A stretch of 64,000 nucleotides of DNA from Eledone cirrhosa. Lineage: Eukaryota. The notes beneath the pieces were generated by a model. It saw only the letters and a program-made list of their open reading frames with translations, was not told the DNA's origin and made no database searches. This document shows, one piece after another, positions 37,601 to 51,700 of the stretch (position 1 is its first letter; each line of letters opens with the position of its first letter). A program made the translations under genes and the position numbers. The stretch is taken from positions 496,001 through 560,000 of the forward strand of contig OZ024745.1 of assembly GCA_964016885.1 (NCBI GenBank). Reading direction: 5' to 3'.

Positions 37601-39720
37601 TGGTCTGACTGTCAATAAAGGACCTGGTACTATTGTGGTCTGACTGTCAATAAAGGACCTGGTACTGTTGTGGTCTGACTGTCAATAAAGGACCTGGTAC
37701 TATTGTGGTCTGACTGTCAATAAAGGACCTGGTACTGTTGTGGTCTGACTGCCAGTAAAGGACCCGGTACTGTTGTGGTCTGACTGTCAATAAAGGACCT
37801 GGTACTGTTGTGGTCTGACTGTCTATAAAGGACCTGGTACTGTTGTGGTCTGACTGTCAATAAAGGACCTGGTACTGTTGTGGTCTGACTGCCAGTAAAG
37901 GACCTGGTACTGTTGTGGTCTGACTGTCAGTAAAGGACCTGGTACTGTTGTGGTCTGACTGCCAGTAAAGGACCTGGTACTGTTGTGGTCTGACTGCCAG
38001 TAAAGGACCTGGTACTGTTGTGTCTGACTGTCAATAAAGGACCTGGTACTATTGTGGTCTGACTGCCAGTAAAGGACCTGGTACTGTTGTGGTCTGACTG
38101 TCAGTAAAGGACCTGGTACTGTTGTGGTATGAATGCCAGTAAAGGACCTGGTACTGTTGTGGTCTGACTGCCAGTAAAGGACCTGGTACTGTTGTGGTCT
38201 GACTGTCAGTAAAGGACCTGGTACTGTTGTGTCTGACTGTCAATAAAGGACCTGGTACTGCTGTGCTCTGACTGCCAGTAAAGGACCTGGTACTATTGTG
38301 GTCTGACTGCCAGTAAAGGACCTGGTACTGTTGTGGTCTGACTGTCAGTAAAGGACCTGGTACTGTTGTGGTCTGACTGTCAATAAAGTACCTGGTACTG
38401 TTGTGTCTGACTGCCAGTAAAGGACCTGGTACTATTGTGGTCTGACTGTCAGTAAAGGACCTGGTACTGTTGTGTCTGACTGTCAATAAAGGACCTGGTA
38501 CTGCTGTGTCTGACTGTCAATAAAGGACCTGGTACTGTTGTGTCTGACTGCCAGTAAAGGACCTGGTACTATTGTGGTCTGACTGTCAGTAAAGGACCTG
38601 GTACTGTTGTGTCTGACTGTCAATAAAGGACCTGGTACTGCTGTGCTCTGACGGTCAGTAAAGGACCTGGTACTGTTGTGGTCTGACTGTCAATAAAGGA
38701 CCTGGTACTGTTGTGGTCTGACTGTCAATAAAGTACCTGGTACTGCTGTGCTCTGACGGTCAGTAAAGGACCTGGTACTGTTGTGGTCTGACTGTCAATA
38801 AAGGACCTGGTACTGTTGTGGTCTGACTGTCAATAAAGGACCTGGTACTGCTGTGGTCTGACTGTCAGTAAAGGACCTGGTACTGTTGTGGTCTGACTGT
38901 CAATAAAGGACCTGGTACTGCTGTGCTCTGGCGGTCAGTAAAGGACCTGGTACTGTTGTGGTCTGACTGTCAATAAAGGACCTGGTACTGTTGTGGTCTG
39001 ACTGTCAATAAAGGACCTGGTACTGCTGTGCTCTGACGGTCAGTAAAGGTCCTGGTACTGTTGTGGTCTGACTGTCAATAAAGTACCTGGTACTGCTGTG
39101 GTCTGACTGCCAGTAAAGGACCTGGTACTGTTGTGTCTGACTGCCAGTAAAGGACCTGGTACTGTTGTGGTCTGACTGCCAGTAAAGGACCTGGTACTGT
39201 TGTGGTCTGACTGTCAATAAAGGACCTGGTACTGCTGTGGTCTGACTGTCAATAAAGGACCTGGTACTGTTGTGGTCTGACTGCCAGTAAAGGACCTGGT
39301 ACTGTTGTGGTCTGACTGTCAATAAAGGACCTGGTACTGTTGTGGTCTGACTGCCAGTAAAGGACCTGGTACTATTGTGGTCTGACTGCCAGTAAAGGAC
39401 ATGGTACTGTTGTGGTCTGACTGTCAATAAAGGACCTGGTACTGTTGTGGTCTGACTGCCAGTAAAGGACCTGGTACTGTTGTGTCTGACTGTCAATAAA
39501 GGACCTGGTACTATTGTGGTCTGACTGTCAATAAAGGACCTGGTACTGTTGTGTCTGACTGCCAGTAAAGGACCTGGTACTATTGTGGTCTGACTGTCAA
39601 TAAAGGACCTGGTACTGTTGTGGTCTGACTGCCAGTAAAGGACCTGGTACTGTTGTGGTCTGACTGCCAGTAAAGGACCTGGTACTGTTGTGTCTGACTG
39701 TCAATAAAGGACCTGGTACT
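28600..39720. repeat. HOR domain 2: ~2.4-2.7-kb units, dimerised to ~5 kb
   Basis: Identical blocks at 29752, 32193 and 34873; GGTATG variant at 30211 and 35332 (offset 5121); GGACCCGGT marker four times. Boundaries approximate. Confidence 0.8.
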
Positions 39721-42700
39721 GTTGTGGTCTGACTGCCAGAAAAGGACCTGGTACTATTGTGGTCTGACTATCAGTAAAGGACCTGGTACTGTTGTGGTCT
39801 GACTGCCAGTAAAGGACCTGGTACTATTGTGGTCTGACTATCAGTAAAGGACCTGGTACTGTTGTGTCTGACTGCCAGTAAAGGACCTGGTACTATTGTG
39901 GTCTGACTGTCAGTAAAGGACCTGGTACTATTGTTGTCTGACTGTCAGTAAAGGACCTGGTACTATTGTGCTCTGACTATCAGTAAAGGACCTGGTACTG
40001 TTGTGGTCTGACTGTCAATAAAGGACCTGGTACTGCTGTGGTCTGACTGTCAATAAAGGACCTGGTACTGCTGTGGTCTGACTGTCAGTAAAGGACCTGG
40101 TACTGCTGTGCTCTAACTGTCAGTAAAGGACCTGGTACTGTTGTGGTCTGACTGCCAGTAAAGGACCTGGTACTGTTGTGGTCTGACTGCCAGTAAAGGA
40201 CCTGGTACCATTGTGGTCTGACTGCCAGTAAAGGACCTGGTACTGTTGTGGTCTGACTGCCAGTAAAGGACCTGGTACCGTTGTGGTCTGACTGCCAGTA
40301 AAGGACCTGGTACTATTGTGGTCTGACTGTCAATAAAGGACCTGGTACTGCTGTGCTCTGACTGTCAATAAAGGACCTGGTACTGTTGTGGTCTGACTGC
40401 CAGTAAAGGACCTGGTACTGCTGTGGTCTGACTGCAAGTAAAGGACCTGGTTCTGCTGTGGTCTGACTGTCAATAAAGGACCTGGTACTGTTGTGGTCTG
40501 ACTGTCAATAAAGGACCTGGTACTGTTGTGGTCTGACTGTCAATAAAGGACCTGGTACTGCTGTGGTCTGACTGCCAGTAAAGGACCTGGTACTACTGTG
40601 GTCTGACTGTCAATAAAGGACCTGGTACTGTTGTGGTCTGACTGCCAGTAAAGGACCTGGTACTATTGTGGTCTGACTGTCAATAAAGGACCTGGTACTG
40701 CTGTGGTCTGACTGCCAGTAAAGGACCTGGTACTGTTGTGGTCTGACTGCCAGTAAAGGACCTGGTACTGTTGTGGTCTGACTGTCAATAAAGGACCTGG
40801 TACTGCTGTGGTCTGACTGTCAATAAAGGACCTGGTACTGTTGTGGTCTGACTGCCAGTAAAGGACCTGGTACTGCTGTGGTCTGACTGTCAATAAAGGA
40901 CCTGGTACTATTGTGTCTGACTGTCAATAACGGACCTGGTACTGTTGTGGTCTGACTATCAATAAAGGACCTGGTACTGTTGTGGTCTGACTGTCAATAA
41001 AGGACCTGGTACTGCTGTGGTCTGACTGCCAGTAAAGGACCTGGTACTGCTGTGGTCTGACTGTCAATAAAGGACCTGGTACTGTTGTGTCTGACTGTCA
41101 ATAAAGGACCTGGTACTATTGTGCTCTGACTGTCAATAAAGGACCTGGTACTATTGTGGTCTGACTGTCAATAAAGGACCTGGTACTATTGTGGTGTGAC
41201 TGTCAATAAAGGACCTGGTACTATTGTGGTCTGACTGTCAATAAAGGACCTGGTACTATTGTGGTCTGACTGTCAATAAAGGACCTGGTACTGCTGTGGT
41301 CTGACTGTCAATAAAGGACCTGGTACTATTGTGGTCTGACTGTCAATAAAGGACCTGGTACTATTGTGGTCTGACCGTCAATAAAGGACCTGGTACTATT
41401 GTGCTCTGACTGTCAGTAAAGGACCTGGTACTGTTGTGGTCTGACTGTCAATAAAGGACCTGGTACTGCTGTGTTCTGACTGTCAATAAAGGACCTGGTA
41501 CTATTGTGGTCTGACTGTCAATAAAGGACCTGGTACTGTTGTGGTCTGACTGCCAGTAAAGGACCTGGTACTGCTGTGCTCTGACTGCCAGTAAAGGACC
41601 TGGTACTGTTGTGCTCTGACTGCCAGTAAAGGACCTGGTACTGTTGTGCTCTGACTGTCAATAAAGGACCTGGTACTGTTGTGGTCTGACTGCCAGTAAA
41701 GGACCTGGTACTATTGTGGTCTGACTGTCAATAAAGGACCTGGTACTGTTGTGGTCTGACTGCCAGTAAAGGACCTGGTACTATTGTGGTCTGACTGTCA
41801 ATAAAGGACCTGGTACTGCTGTGGTCTGACTGTCAATAAAGGACCTGGTACTATTGTGGTCTGACTGTCAATAAAGGACCTGGTACTGTTGTCGTCTGAC
41901 TGTCAATAAAGGACCTGGTACTGCTGTGCTCTGACTGCCAGTAAAGGACCTGGTACTGCTGTGCTCTGACTGTCAATAAAGGACCTGATACTGCTGTGTT
42001 CTGACGGCCAGTAAAGGACCTGGTACTGCTGTGCTCTGACTGCCAGTAAAGGACCTGGTACTGCTGTGCTCTGAATGCCAGTAAAGGACCTGGTACTATT
42101 GTGGTCTGACTGCCAGGAAAGGACCTGGTACTGCTGTGCTCTGACTGCCAGTAACGGACCTGGTACTATTGTGGTCTGACTGTCAATAAAGGACCTGGTA
42201 CTGTTGTGGTCTGACTGCCAGTAAAGGACCTGGTACTGCTGTGCTCTGACTGCCAGTAAAGGACCTGGTACTATTGTGGTCTGACTGTCAATAAAGGACC
42301 TGGTACTATTGTGGTCTGACTGTCAATAAAGGACCTGGTACTATTGTGGTCTGACTGTCAATAAAGGACCTGGTACTGTTGTGGTCTGACTGTCAGTAAA
42401 GGATCTGGTACTGTTGTGGTCTGACTGCCAGTAAAGGACCTGGTACTGTTGTGGTCTGACTGTCAGTAAAGGACCTGGTACTGTTGTGGTCTGACTGCCA
42501 GTAAAGGACCTGGTACTGCTGTGCTCTGACTGTCAGTAAAGGACCTGGTACTGTTGTGGTCTGACTGCCAGTAAAGGACCTGGTACTATTGTTGTCTGAC
42601 TGTCAGTAAAGGACCTGGTACTATTGTGCTCTGACTATCAGTAAAGGACCTGGTACTGTTGTGGTCTGACTGTCAATAAAGGACCTGGTACTGCTGTGGT

Positions 42701-45700
42701 CTGACTGTCAATAAAGGACCTGGTACTGCTGTGGTCTGACTGTCAGTAAAGGACCTGGTACTGCTGTGCTCTGACTGTCAGTAAAGGACCTGGTACTGTT
42801 GTGGTCTGACTGCCAGTAAAGGACCTGGTACTGTTGTGGTCTGACTGCCAGTAAAGGACCTGGTACCGTTGTGGTCTGACTGCCAGTAAAGGACCTGGTA
42901 CTATTGTGGTGTGACTGTCAATAAAGGACCTGGTACTGCTGTGCTCTGACTGTCAATAAAGGACCTGGTACTGTTGTGGTCTGACTGCCAGTAAAGGACC
43001 TGGTACTGTTGTGGTCTGATTGTCAGTAAAGGACCTGGTACTGTTGTGGTCTGACTGCCAGTAAAGGACCTGGTACTGCTGTGGTCTGACTGCAAGTAAA
43101 GGACCTGGTACTGCTGTGGTCTGACTGTCAATAAAGGACCTGGTACTGTTGTGGTCTGACTGCCAGTAAAGGACATGGTACTGTTGTGGGCTGACTGTCA
43201 GTAAAGGACCTGGTACTGTTGTGGTCTGACTGCCAGTAAAGGACCTGGTACTATTGTGGTCTGACTATCAGTAAAGGACCTGGTACTGTTGTGGTCTGAC
43301 TGCCAGTAAAGGACCTGGTACTATTGTGGTCTGACTATCAGTAAAGGACCTGGTACTGTTGTGTCTGACTGCCAGTAAAGGACCTGGTACTATTGTGGTC
43401 TGACTGTCAGTAAAGGACCTGGTACTATTGTTGTCTGACTGTCAGTAAAGGACCTGGTACTATTGTGCTCTGACTATCAGTAAAGGACCTGGTACTGTTG
43501 TGGTCTGACTGTCAATAAAGGACCTGGTACTGCTGTGGTCTGACTGTCAATAAAGGACCTGGTACTGCTGTGGTCTGACTGTCAGTAAAGGACCTGGTAC
43601 TGCTGTGCTCTAACTGTCAGTAAAGGACCTGGTACTGTTGTGGTCTGACTGCCAGTAAAGGACCTGGTACTGTTGTGGTCTGACTGCCAGTAAAGGACCT
43701 GGTACCATTGTGGTCTGACTGCCAGTAAAGGACCTGGTACTGTTGTGGTCTGACTGCCAGTAAAGGACCTGGTACCGTTGTGGTCTGACTGCCAGTAAAG
43801 GACCTGGTACTATTGTGGTCTGACTGTCAATAAAGGACCTGGTACTGCTGTGCTCTGACTGTCAATAAAGGACCTGGTACTGTTGTGGTCTGACTGCCAG
43901 TAAAGGACCTGGTACTGTTGTGGTCTGACTGCCAGTAAAGGACCTGGTACTGCTGTGGTCTGACTGCAAGTAAAGGACCTGGTTCTGCTGTGGTCTGACT
44001 GTCAATAAAGGACCTGGTACTGTTGTGGTCTGACTGTCAATAAAGGACCTGGTACTGTTGTGGTCTGACTGTCAATAAAGGACCTGGTGCTGCTGTGGTC
44101 TGACTGCCAGTAAAGGACCTGGTACTACTGTGGTCTGACTGTCAATAAAGGACCTGGTACTGTTGTGGTCTGACTGCCAGTAAAGGACCTGGTACTATTG
44201 TGGTCTGACTGTCAATAAAGGACCTGGTACTGCTGTGGTCTGACTGCCAGTAAAGGACCTGGTACTGTTGTGGTCTGACTGCCAGTAAAGGACCTGGTAC
44301 TGTTGTGGTCTGACTGTCAATAAAGGACCTGGTACTGCTGTGGTCTGACTGTCAATAAAGGACCTGGTACTGTTGTGGTCTGACTGCCAGTAAAGGACCT
44401 GGTACTGCTGTGGTCTGACTGTCAATAAAGGACCTGGTACTATTGTGTCTGACTGTCAATAACGGACCTGGTACTGTTGTGGTCTGACTGTCAATAAAGG
44501 ACCTGGTACTGTTGTGGTCTGACTGTCAATAAAGGACCTGGTACTGCTGTGGTCTGACTGCCAGTAAAGGACCTGGTACTGCTGTGGTCTGACTGTCAAT
44601 AAAGGACCTGGTACTGTTGTGTCTGACTGTCAATAAAGGACCTGGTACTATTGTGCTCTGACTGTCAATAAAGGACCTGGTACTATTGTGGTCTGACTGT
44701 CAATAAAGGACCTGGTACTATTGTGGTGTGACTGTCAATAAAGGACCTGGTACTATTGTGGTCTGACTGTCAATAAAGGACCTGGTACTATTGTGGTCTG
44801 ACTGTCAATAAAGGACCTGGTACTGCTGTGGTCTGACTGTCAATAAAGGACCTGGTACTATTGTGGTCTGACTGTCAATAAAGGACCTGGTACTATTGTG
44901 GTCTGACCGTCAATAAAGGACCTGGTACTATTGTGCTCTGACTGTCAGTAAAGGACCTGGTACTGTTGTGGTCTGACTGTCAATAAAGGACCTGGTACTG
45001 CTGTGTTCTGACTGTCAGTAAAGACCTGGTACTATTGTGGTCTGACTGTCAATAAAGGACCTGGTACTGTTGTGGTCTGACTGCCAGTAAAGGACCTGGT
45101 ACTGCTGTGCTCTGACTGCCAGTAAAGGACCTGGTACTGTTGTGCTCTGACTGTCAATAAAGGACCTGGTACTGTTGTGGTCTGACTGCCAGTAAAGGAC
45201 CTGGTACTATTGTGGTCTGACTGTCAATAAAGGACCTGGTACTGTTGTGGTCTGACTGCCAGTAAAGGACCTGGTACTATTGTGGTCTGACTGTCAATAA
45301 AGGACCTGGTACTGCTGTGGTCTGACTGTCAATAAAGGACCTGGTACTATTGTGGTCTGACTGTCAATAAAGGACCTGGTACTGTTGTCGTCTGACTGTC
45401 AATAAAGGACCTGGCACTGCTGTGCTCTGACTGCCAGTAAAGGACCTGGTACTGCTGTGCTCTGACTGTCAATAAAGGACCTGATACTGCTGTGTTCTGA
45501 CTGCCAGTAAAGGACCTGGTACTGCTGTGCTCTGACTGCCAGTAAAGGACCTGGTACTGCTGTGCTCTGAATGCCAGTAAAGGACCTGGTACTATTGTGG
45601 TCTGACTGCCAGGAAAGGACCTGGTACTGCTGTGCTCTGACTGCCAGTAACGGACCTGGTACTATTGTGGTCTGACTGTCAATAAAGGACCTGGTACTGT

Positions 45701-48700
45701 TGTGGTCTGACTGCCAGTAAAGGACCTGGTACTGCTGTGCTCTGACTGCCAGTAAAGGACCTGGTACTATTGTGGTCTGACTGTCAATAAAGGACCTGGT
45801 ACTATTGTGGTCTGACTGTCAATAAAGGACCTGGTACTATTGTGGTCTGACTGTCAATAAAGGACCTGGTACTGTTGTGGTCTGACTGTCAGTAAAGGAT
45901 CTGGTACTGTTGTGGTCTGACTGCCAGTAAAGGACCTGGTACTGTTGTGGTCTGACTGTCAGTAAAGGACCTGGTACTGTTGTGGTCTGACTGCCAGTAA
46001 AGGACCTGGTACTGCTGTGCTCTGACTGTCAGTAAAGGACCTGGTACTGTTGTGGTCTGACTGCCAGTAAAGGACCTGGTACTATTGTTGTCTGACTGTC
46101 AGTAAAGGACCTGGTACTATTGTTGTCTGACTGCCAGTAAAGGACCTGGTACTATTGTTGTCTGACTATCAGTAAAGGACCTGGTACTGTTGTGGTCTGA
46201 CTGCCAGTAAAGGACCTGGTACTGTTGTGGTCTGACTGCCAGTAAAGGACCTGGTACCGTTGTGGTCTGACTGCCAGTAAAGGACCTGGTACTATTGTGG
46301 TGTGACTGTCAATAAAGGACCTGGTACTGCTGTGCTCTGACTGTCAATAAAGGACCTGGTACTGTTGTGGTCTGACTGCCAGTAAAGGACCTGGTACTGT
46401 TGTGGTCTGATTGTCAGTAAAGGACCTGGTACTGTTGTGGTCTGACTGCCAGTAAAGGACCTGGTACTGCTGTAGTCTGACTGCAAGTAAAGGACCTGGT
46501 ACTGCTGTGGTCTGACTGTCAATAAAGGACCTGGTACTGTTGTGGTCTGACTGCCAGTAAAGGACATGGTACTGTTGGGGTCTGACTGTCAGTAAAGGAC
46601 CTGGTACTGTTGTGGTCTGACTGCCAGTAAAGGACCTGGTACTATTGTGGTCTGACTATCAGTAAAGGACCTGGTACTGTTGTGGTCTGACTGCCAGTAA
46701 AGGACCTGGTACTATTGTGGTCTGACTATCAGTAAAGGACCTGGTACTGTTGTGTCTGACTGCCAGTAAAGGACCTGGTACTATTGTGGTCTGACTGTCA
46801 GTAAAGGACCTGGAACTATTGTTGTCTGACTGTCAGTAAAGGACCTGGTACTATTGTGCTCTGACTATCAGTAAAGGACCTGGTACTGTTGTGGTCTGAC
46901 TGTCAATAAAGGACCTGGTACTGCTGTGGTCTGACTGTCAATAAAGGACCTGGTACTGCTGTGGTCTGACTGTCAGTAAAGGACCTGGTACTGCTGTGCT
47001 CTAACTGTCAGTAAAGGACCTGGTACTGTTGTGGTCTGACTGCCAGTAAAGGACCTGGTACTGTTGTGGTCTGACTGCCAGTAAAGGACCTGGTACCGTT
47101 GTGGTCTGACTGCCAGTAAAGGACCTGGTACTGTTGTGGTCTGACTGCCAGTAAAGGACCTGGTACCGTTGTGGTCTGACTGCCAGTAAAGGACCTGGTA
47201 CTATTGTGGTCTGACTGTCAATAAAGGACCTGGTACTGCTGTGCTCTGACTGTCAATAAAGGACCTGGTACTGTTGTGGTCTGACTGCCAGTAAAGGACC
47301 TGGTACTGTTGTGGTCTGACTGCCAGTAAAGGACCTGGTACTGCTGTGGTCTGACTGCAAGTAAAGGACTGGTACTGCTGTGGTCTGACTGTCAATAAAG
47401 GACCTGGTACTGTTGTGGTCTGACTGCCAGTAAAGGACATGGTACTGTTGTGGTCTGACTGTCAGTAAAGGACCTGGTACTGTTGTGGTCTGACTGCCAG
47501 TAAAGGACCTGGTACTATTGTGGTCTGACTATCAGTAAAGGACCTGGTACTGTTGTGGTCTGACTGCCAGTAAAGGACCTGGTACTATTGTGGTCTGACT
47601 ATCAGTAAAGGACCTGGTACTGTTGTGTCTGACTGCTGGTAAAGGACCTGGTACTATTGTGGTCTGACTGTCAGTAAAGGACCTGGTACTGCTGTGCTCT
47701 GACTGCCAGTAAAGGACCTGGTACTGTTGTGGTCTGACTGTCAATAAAGGACCTGGTACTGTTGTGGTCTGACTGTCAATAAAGGACCTGGTACTGTTGT
47801 GGTCTGACTGCCAGTAAAGGACCTGGTACTGTTGTGGTCTGACTGCCAGTAAAGGACCTGGTACCGTTGTGGTCTGACTGCCAGTAAAGGACCTGGTACT
47901 ATTGTGGTCTGACTGTCAATAAAGGACCTGGTACTGCTGTGCTCTGACTGTCAATAAAGGACCTGGTATTGTTGTGGTCTGACTGCCAGTAAAGGACCTG
48001 GTACTGTTGTGGTCTGATTGTCAGTAAAGGACCTGGTACTGTTGTGGTCTGACTGCCAGTAAAGGACCTGGTACTGCTGTGGTCTGACTGCAAGTAAAGG
48101 ACCTGGTACTGCTGTGGTCTGACTGCCAGTAAAGGACCTGGTACTGTTGTGGTCTGACTGCCAGTAAAGGACCTGGTACCGTTGTGGTCTGACTGCCAGT
48201 AAAGGACCTGGTACTATTGTGGTCTGACTGTCAATAAAGGACCTGGTACTGCTGTGCTCTGACTGTCAATAAAGGACCTGGTACTGTTGTGGTCTGACTG
48301 CCAGTAAAGGACCTGGTACTGTTGTGGTCTGACTGCCAGTAAAGGACCTGGTACTGCTGTGGTCTGACTGCAAGTAAAGGACCTGGTACTGCTGTGGTCT
48401 GACTGTCAATAAAGGACCTGGTACTGTTGTGGTCTGACTGCCAGTAAAGGACATGGTACTGTTGTGGTCTGACTGTCAGTAAAGGACCTGGTACTGTTGT
48501 GGTCTGACTGCCAGTAAAGGACCTGGTACTATTGTGGTCTGACTATCAGTAAAGGAGCTGGTACTGTTGTGGTCTGACTGCCAGTAAAGGACCTGGTACT
48601 ATTGTGGTCTGACTATCAGTAAAGGACCTGGTACTGTTGTGTCTGACTGCCAGTAAAGTACCTGGTACTATTGTGGTCTGACTGTCAGTAAAGGACCTGG

Positions 48701-51700
48701 TACTGCTGTGCTCTGACTGCCAGTAAAGGACCTGGTACTGTTGTGTCTGACTGTCAATAAAGGACCTGGTACTATTGTGGTCTGACTGTCAATAAAGGAC
48801 CTGGTACTGCTGTGGTCTGACTGTCAATAAAGGACCTGGTACTGCTGTGGTCTGACTGTCAATAAAGGACCTGGTACTGTTGTGGTCTGACTGTCAATAA
48901 AGGACCTGGTACTGCTGTGGTCTGACTGTCAGTAAAGGACCTGGTACTGTTGTGGTCTGACTGCCAGTAAAGGACCTGGTACTATTGTGCTCTGACTATC
49001 AGTAAAGGACCTGGTACTGTTGTGGTCTGACTGTCAATAAAGGACCTGGTACTGCTGTGGTCTGACTGTCAATAAAGGACCTGGTACTGCTGTGGTCTGA
49101 CTGTCAATAAAGGACCTGGTACTGTTGTGGTCTGACTGTCAATAAAGGACCTGGTACTGCTGTGGTCTGACTGTCAGTAAAGGACCTGGTACTGCTGTGC
49201 TCTGACTGTCAGTAAAGGACCTGGTACTGTTGTGGTCTGACTGTCAATAAAGGACCTGGTACTGCTGTGGTCTGACTGCCAGTAAAGGACCTGGTACTGT
49301 TGTGGTCTGACTGTCAATAAAGGACCTGGTACTGCTGTGGTCTGACTGCCAGTAAAGGACCTGGTACTGCTGTGGTCTGACTGTCAATAAAGGACCGGGT
49401 ACTGTTGTGGTCTGACTGACAGTAAAGGACCTGGTACTGTTGTGGTCTGACTGCCAGTAAAGGACCTGGTACTGCTGTGGTCTGACTGTCAGTAAAGGAC
49501 CTGGTACTGCTGTGGTCTGACTGTCAATAAAGGACCTGGTACTGTTGTGGTCTGACTGCCAGTAAAGGACCTGGTACTGTTGTGGTCTGACTGTCAGTAA
49601 AGGACCTGGTACTGCTGTGGTCTGACTGTCAATAAAGGACCTGGTACTGTTGTGGTCTGACTGCCAGTAAAGGACCTGGTACTGTTGTGGTCTGACTGTC
49701 AGTAAAGGACCTGGTACTGCTGTGGTCTGACTGTCAGTAAAGGACCGGGTACTGCTGTGGTCTGACTGTCAATAAAGGACCTGGTACTGTTGTGGTCTGA
49801 CTGTCAATAAAGGACCTGGTACTGTTGTGGTCTGACTGTCAGTAAAGGACGTGGTACTGCTGTGGTCTGACTGTCAATAAAGGACATGGTACTGTTGTGG
49901 TCTGACTGCCAGTAAAGGACCTGGTACTGTTGTGGTCTGACTGTCAGTAAAGGACCTGGTACTGCTGTGGTCTGACTGTCAGTAAAGGACCTGGTACTGC
50001 TGTGGTCTGACTGTCAATAAAGGACCTGGTACTGTTGTGGTCTGACTGTCAATAAAGGACCTGGTACTGCTGTGGTCTGACTGTCAATAAAGGACCTGGT
50101 ACTGCTGTGGTCTGACTGCAAGTAAAGGACCTGGTACTGCTGTGGTCTGACTGTCAATAAAGGACCTGGTACTGTTGTGGTCTGACTGCCAGTAAAGGAC
50201 ATGGTACTGTTGTGGTCTGACTGTCAGTAAAGGACCTGGTACTGTTGTGGTCTGACTGCCAGTAAAGGACCTGGTACTATTGTGGTCTGACTATCAGTAA
50301 AGGACCTGGTACTGTTGTGGTCTGACTGCCAGTAAAGGACCTGGTACTATTGTGGTCTGACTATCAGTAAAGGACCTGGTACTGTTGTGTCTGACTGCTG
50401 GTAAAGGACCTGGTACTATTGTGGTCTGACTGTCAGTAAAGGACCTGGTACTGCTGTGCTCTGACTGCCAGTAAAGGACCTGGTACTGTTGTGTCTGACT
50501 GTCAATAAAGGACCTGGTACTATTGTGGTCTGACTGTCAATAAAGGACCTGGTACTGCTGTGGTCTGACTGTCAATAAAGGACCTGGTACTGCTGTGGTC
50601 TGACTGTCAATAAAGGACCTGGTACTGTTGTGGTCTGACTGTCAATAAAGGACCTGGTACTGTTGTGGTCTGACTGCCAGTAAAGGACCTGGTACTGCTG
50701 TGCTCTGACTGCCAGTAAAGGACCTGGTACTATTGTGGTCTGACTGTCAATAAAGGACCTGGTACTATTGTGGTCTGACTGTCAATAAAGGACCTGGTAC
50801 TGTTGTGGTCTGACTGTCAGTAAAGGACCTGGTACTGTTGTGGTCTGACTGCCAGTAAAGGACCTGGTACTGTTGTGGTCTGACTGTCAGTAAAGGACCT
50901 GGTACTGTTGTGGTCTGACTGCCAGTAAAGGACCTGGTACTGCTGTGCTCCGACTGTCAGTAAAGGACCTGGTACTGTTGTGGTCTGACTGCCAGTAAAG
51001 GACCTGGTACTATTGTTGTCTGACTGTCAGTAAAGGACCTGGTACTATTGTGCTCTGACTATCAGTAAAGGACCTGGTACTGTTGTGGTCTGACTGTCAA
51101 TAAAGGACCTGGTACTGCTGTGGTCTGACTGTCAATAAAGGACCTGGTACTGCTGTGGTCTGACTGTCAGTAAAGGACCTGGTACTGCTGTGCTCTGACT
51201 GTCAGTAAAGGACCTGGTACTGTTGTGGTCTGACTGCCAGTAAAGGACCTGGTACTGTTGTGGTCTGACTGCCAGTAAAGGACCTGGTACCGTTGTGGTC
51301 TGACTGCCAGTAAAGGACCTGGTACTATTGTGGTCTGACTGTCAATAAAGGACCTGGTACTGCTGTGCTCTGACTGTCAATAAAGGACCTGGTACTGTTG
51401 TGGTCTGACTGCCAGTAAAGGACCTGGTACTGTTGTGGTCTGATTGTCAGTAAAGGACCTGGTACTGTTGTGGTCTGACTGCCAGTAAAGGACCTGGTAC
51501 TGCTGTGGTCTGACTGCAAGTAAAGGACCTGGTACTGCTGTGGTCTAACTGTCAATAAAGGACCTGGTACTGTTGTGGTCTGACTGCCAGTAAAGGACAT
51601 GGTACTGTTGTGGTCTGACTGTCAGTAAAGGACCTGGTACTGTTGTGGTCTGACTGCCAGTAAAGGACCTGGTACTATTGTGGTCTGACTATCGGTAAAG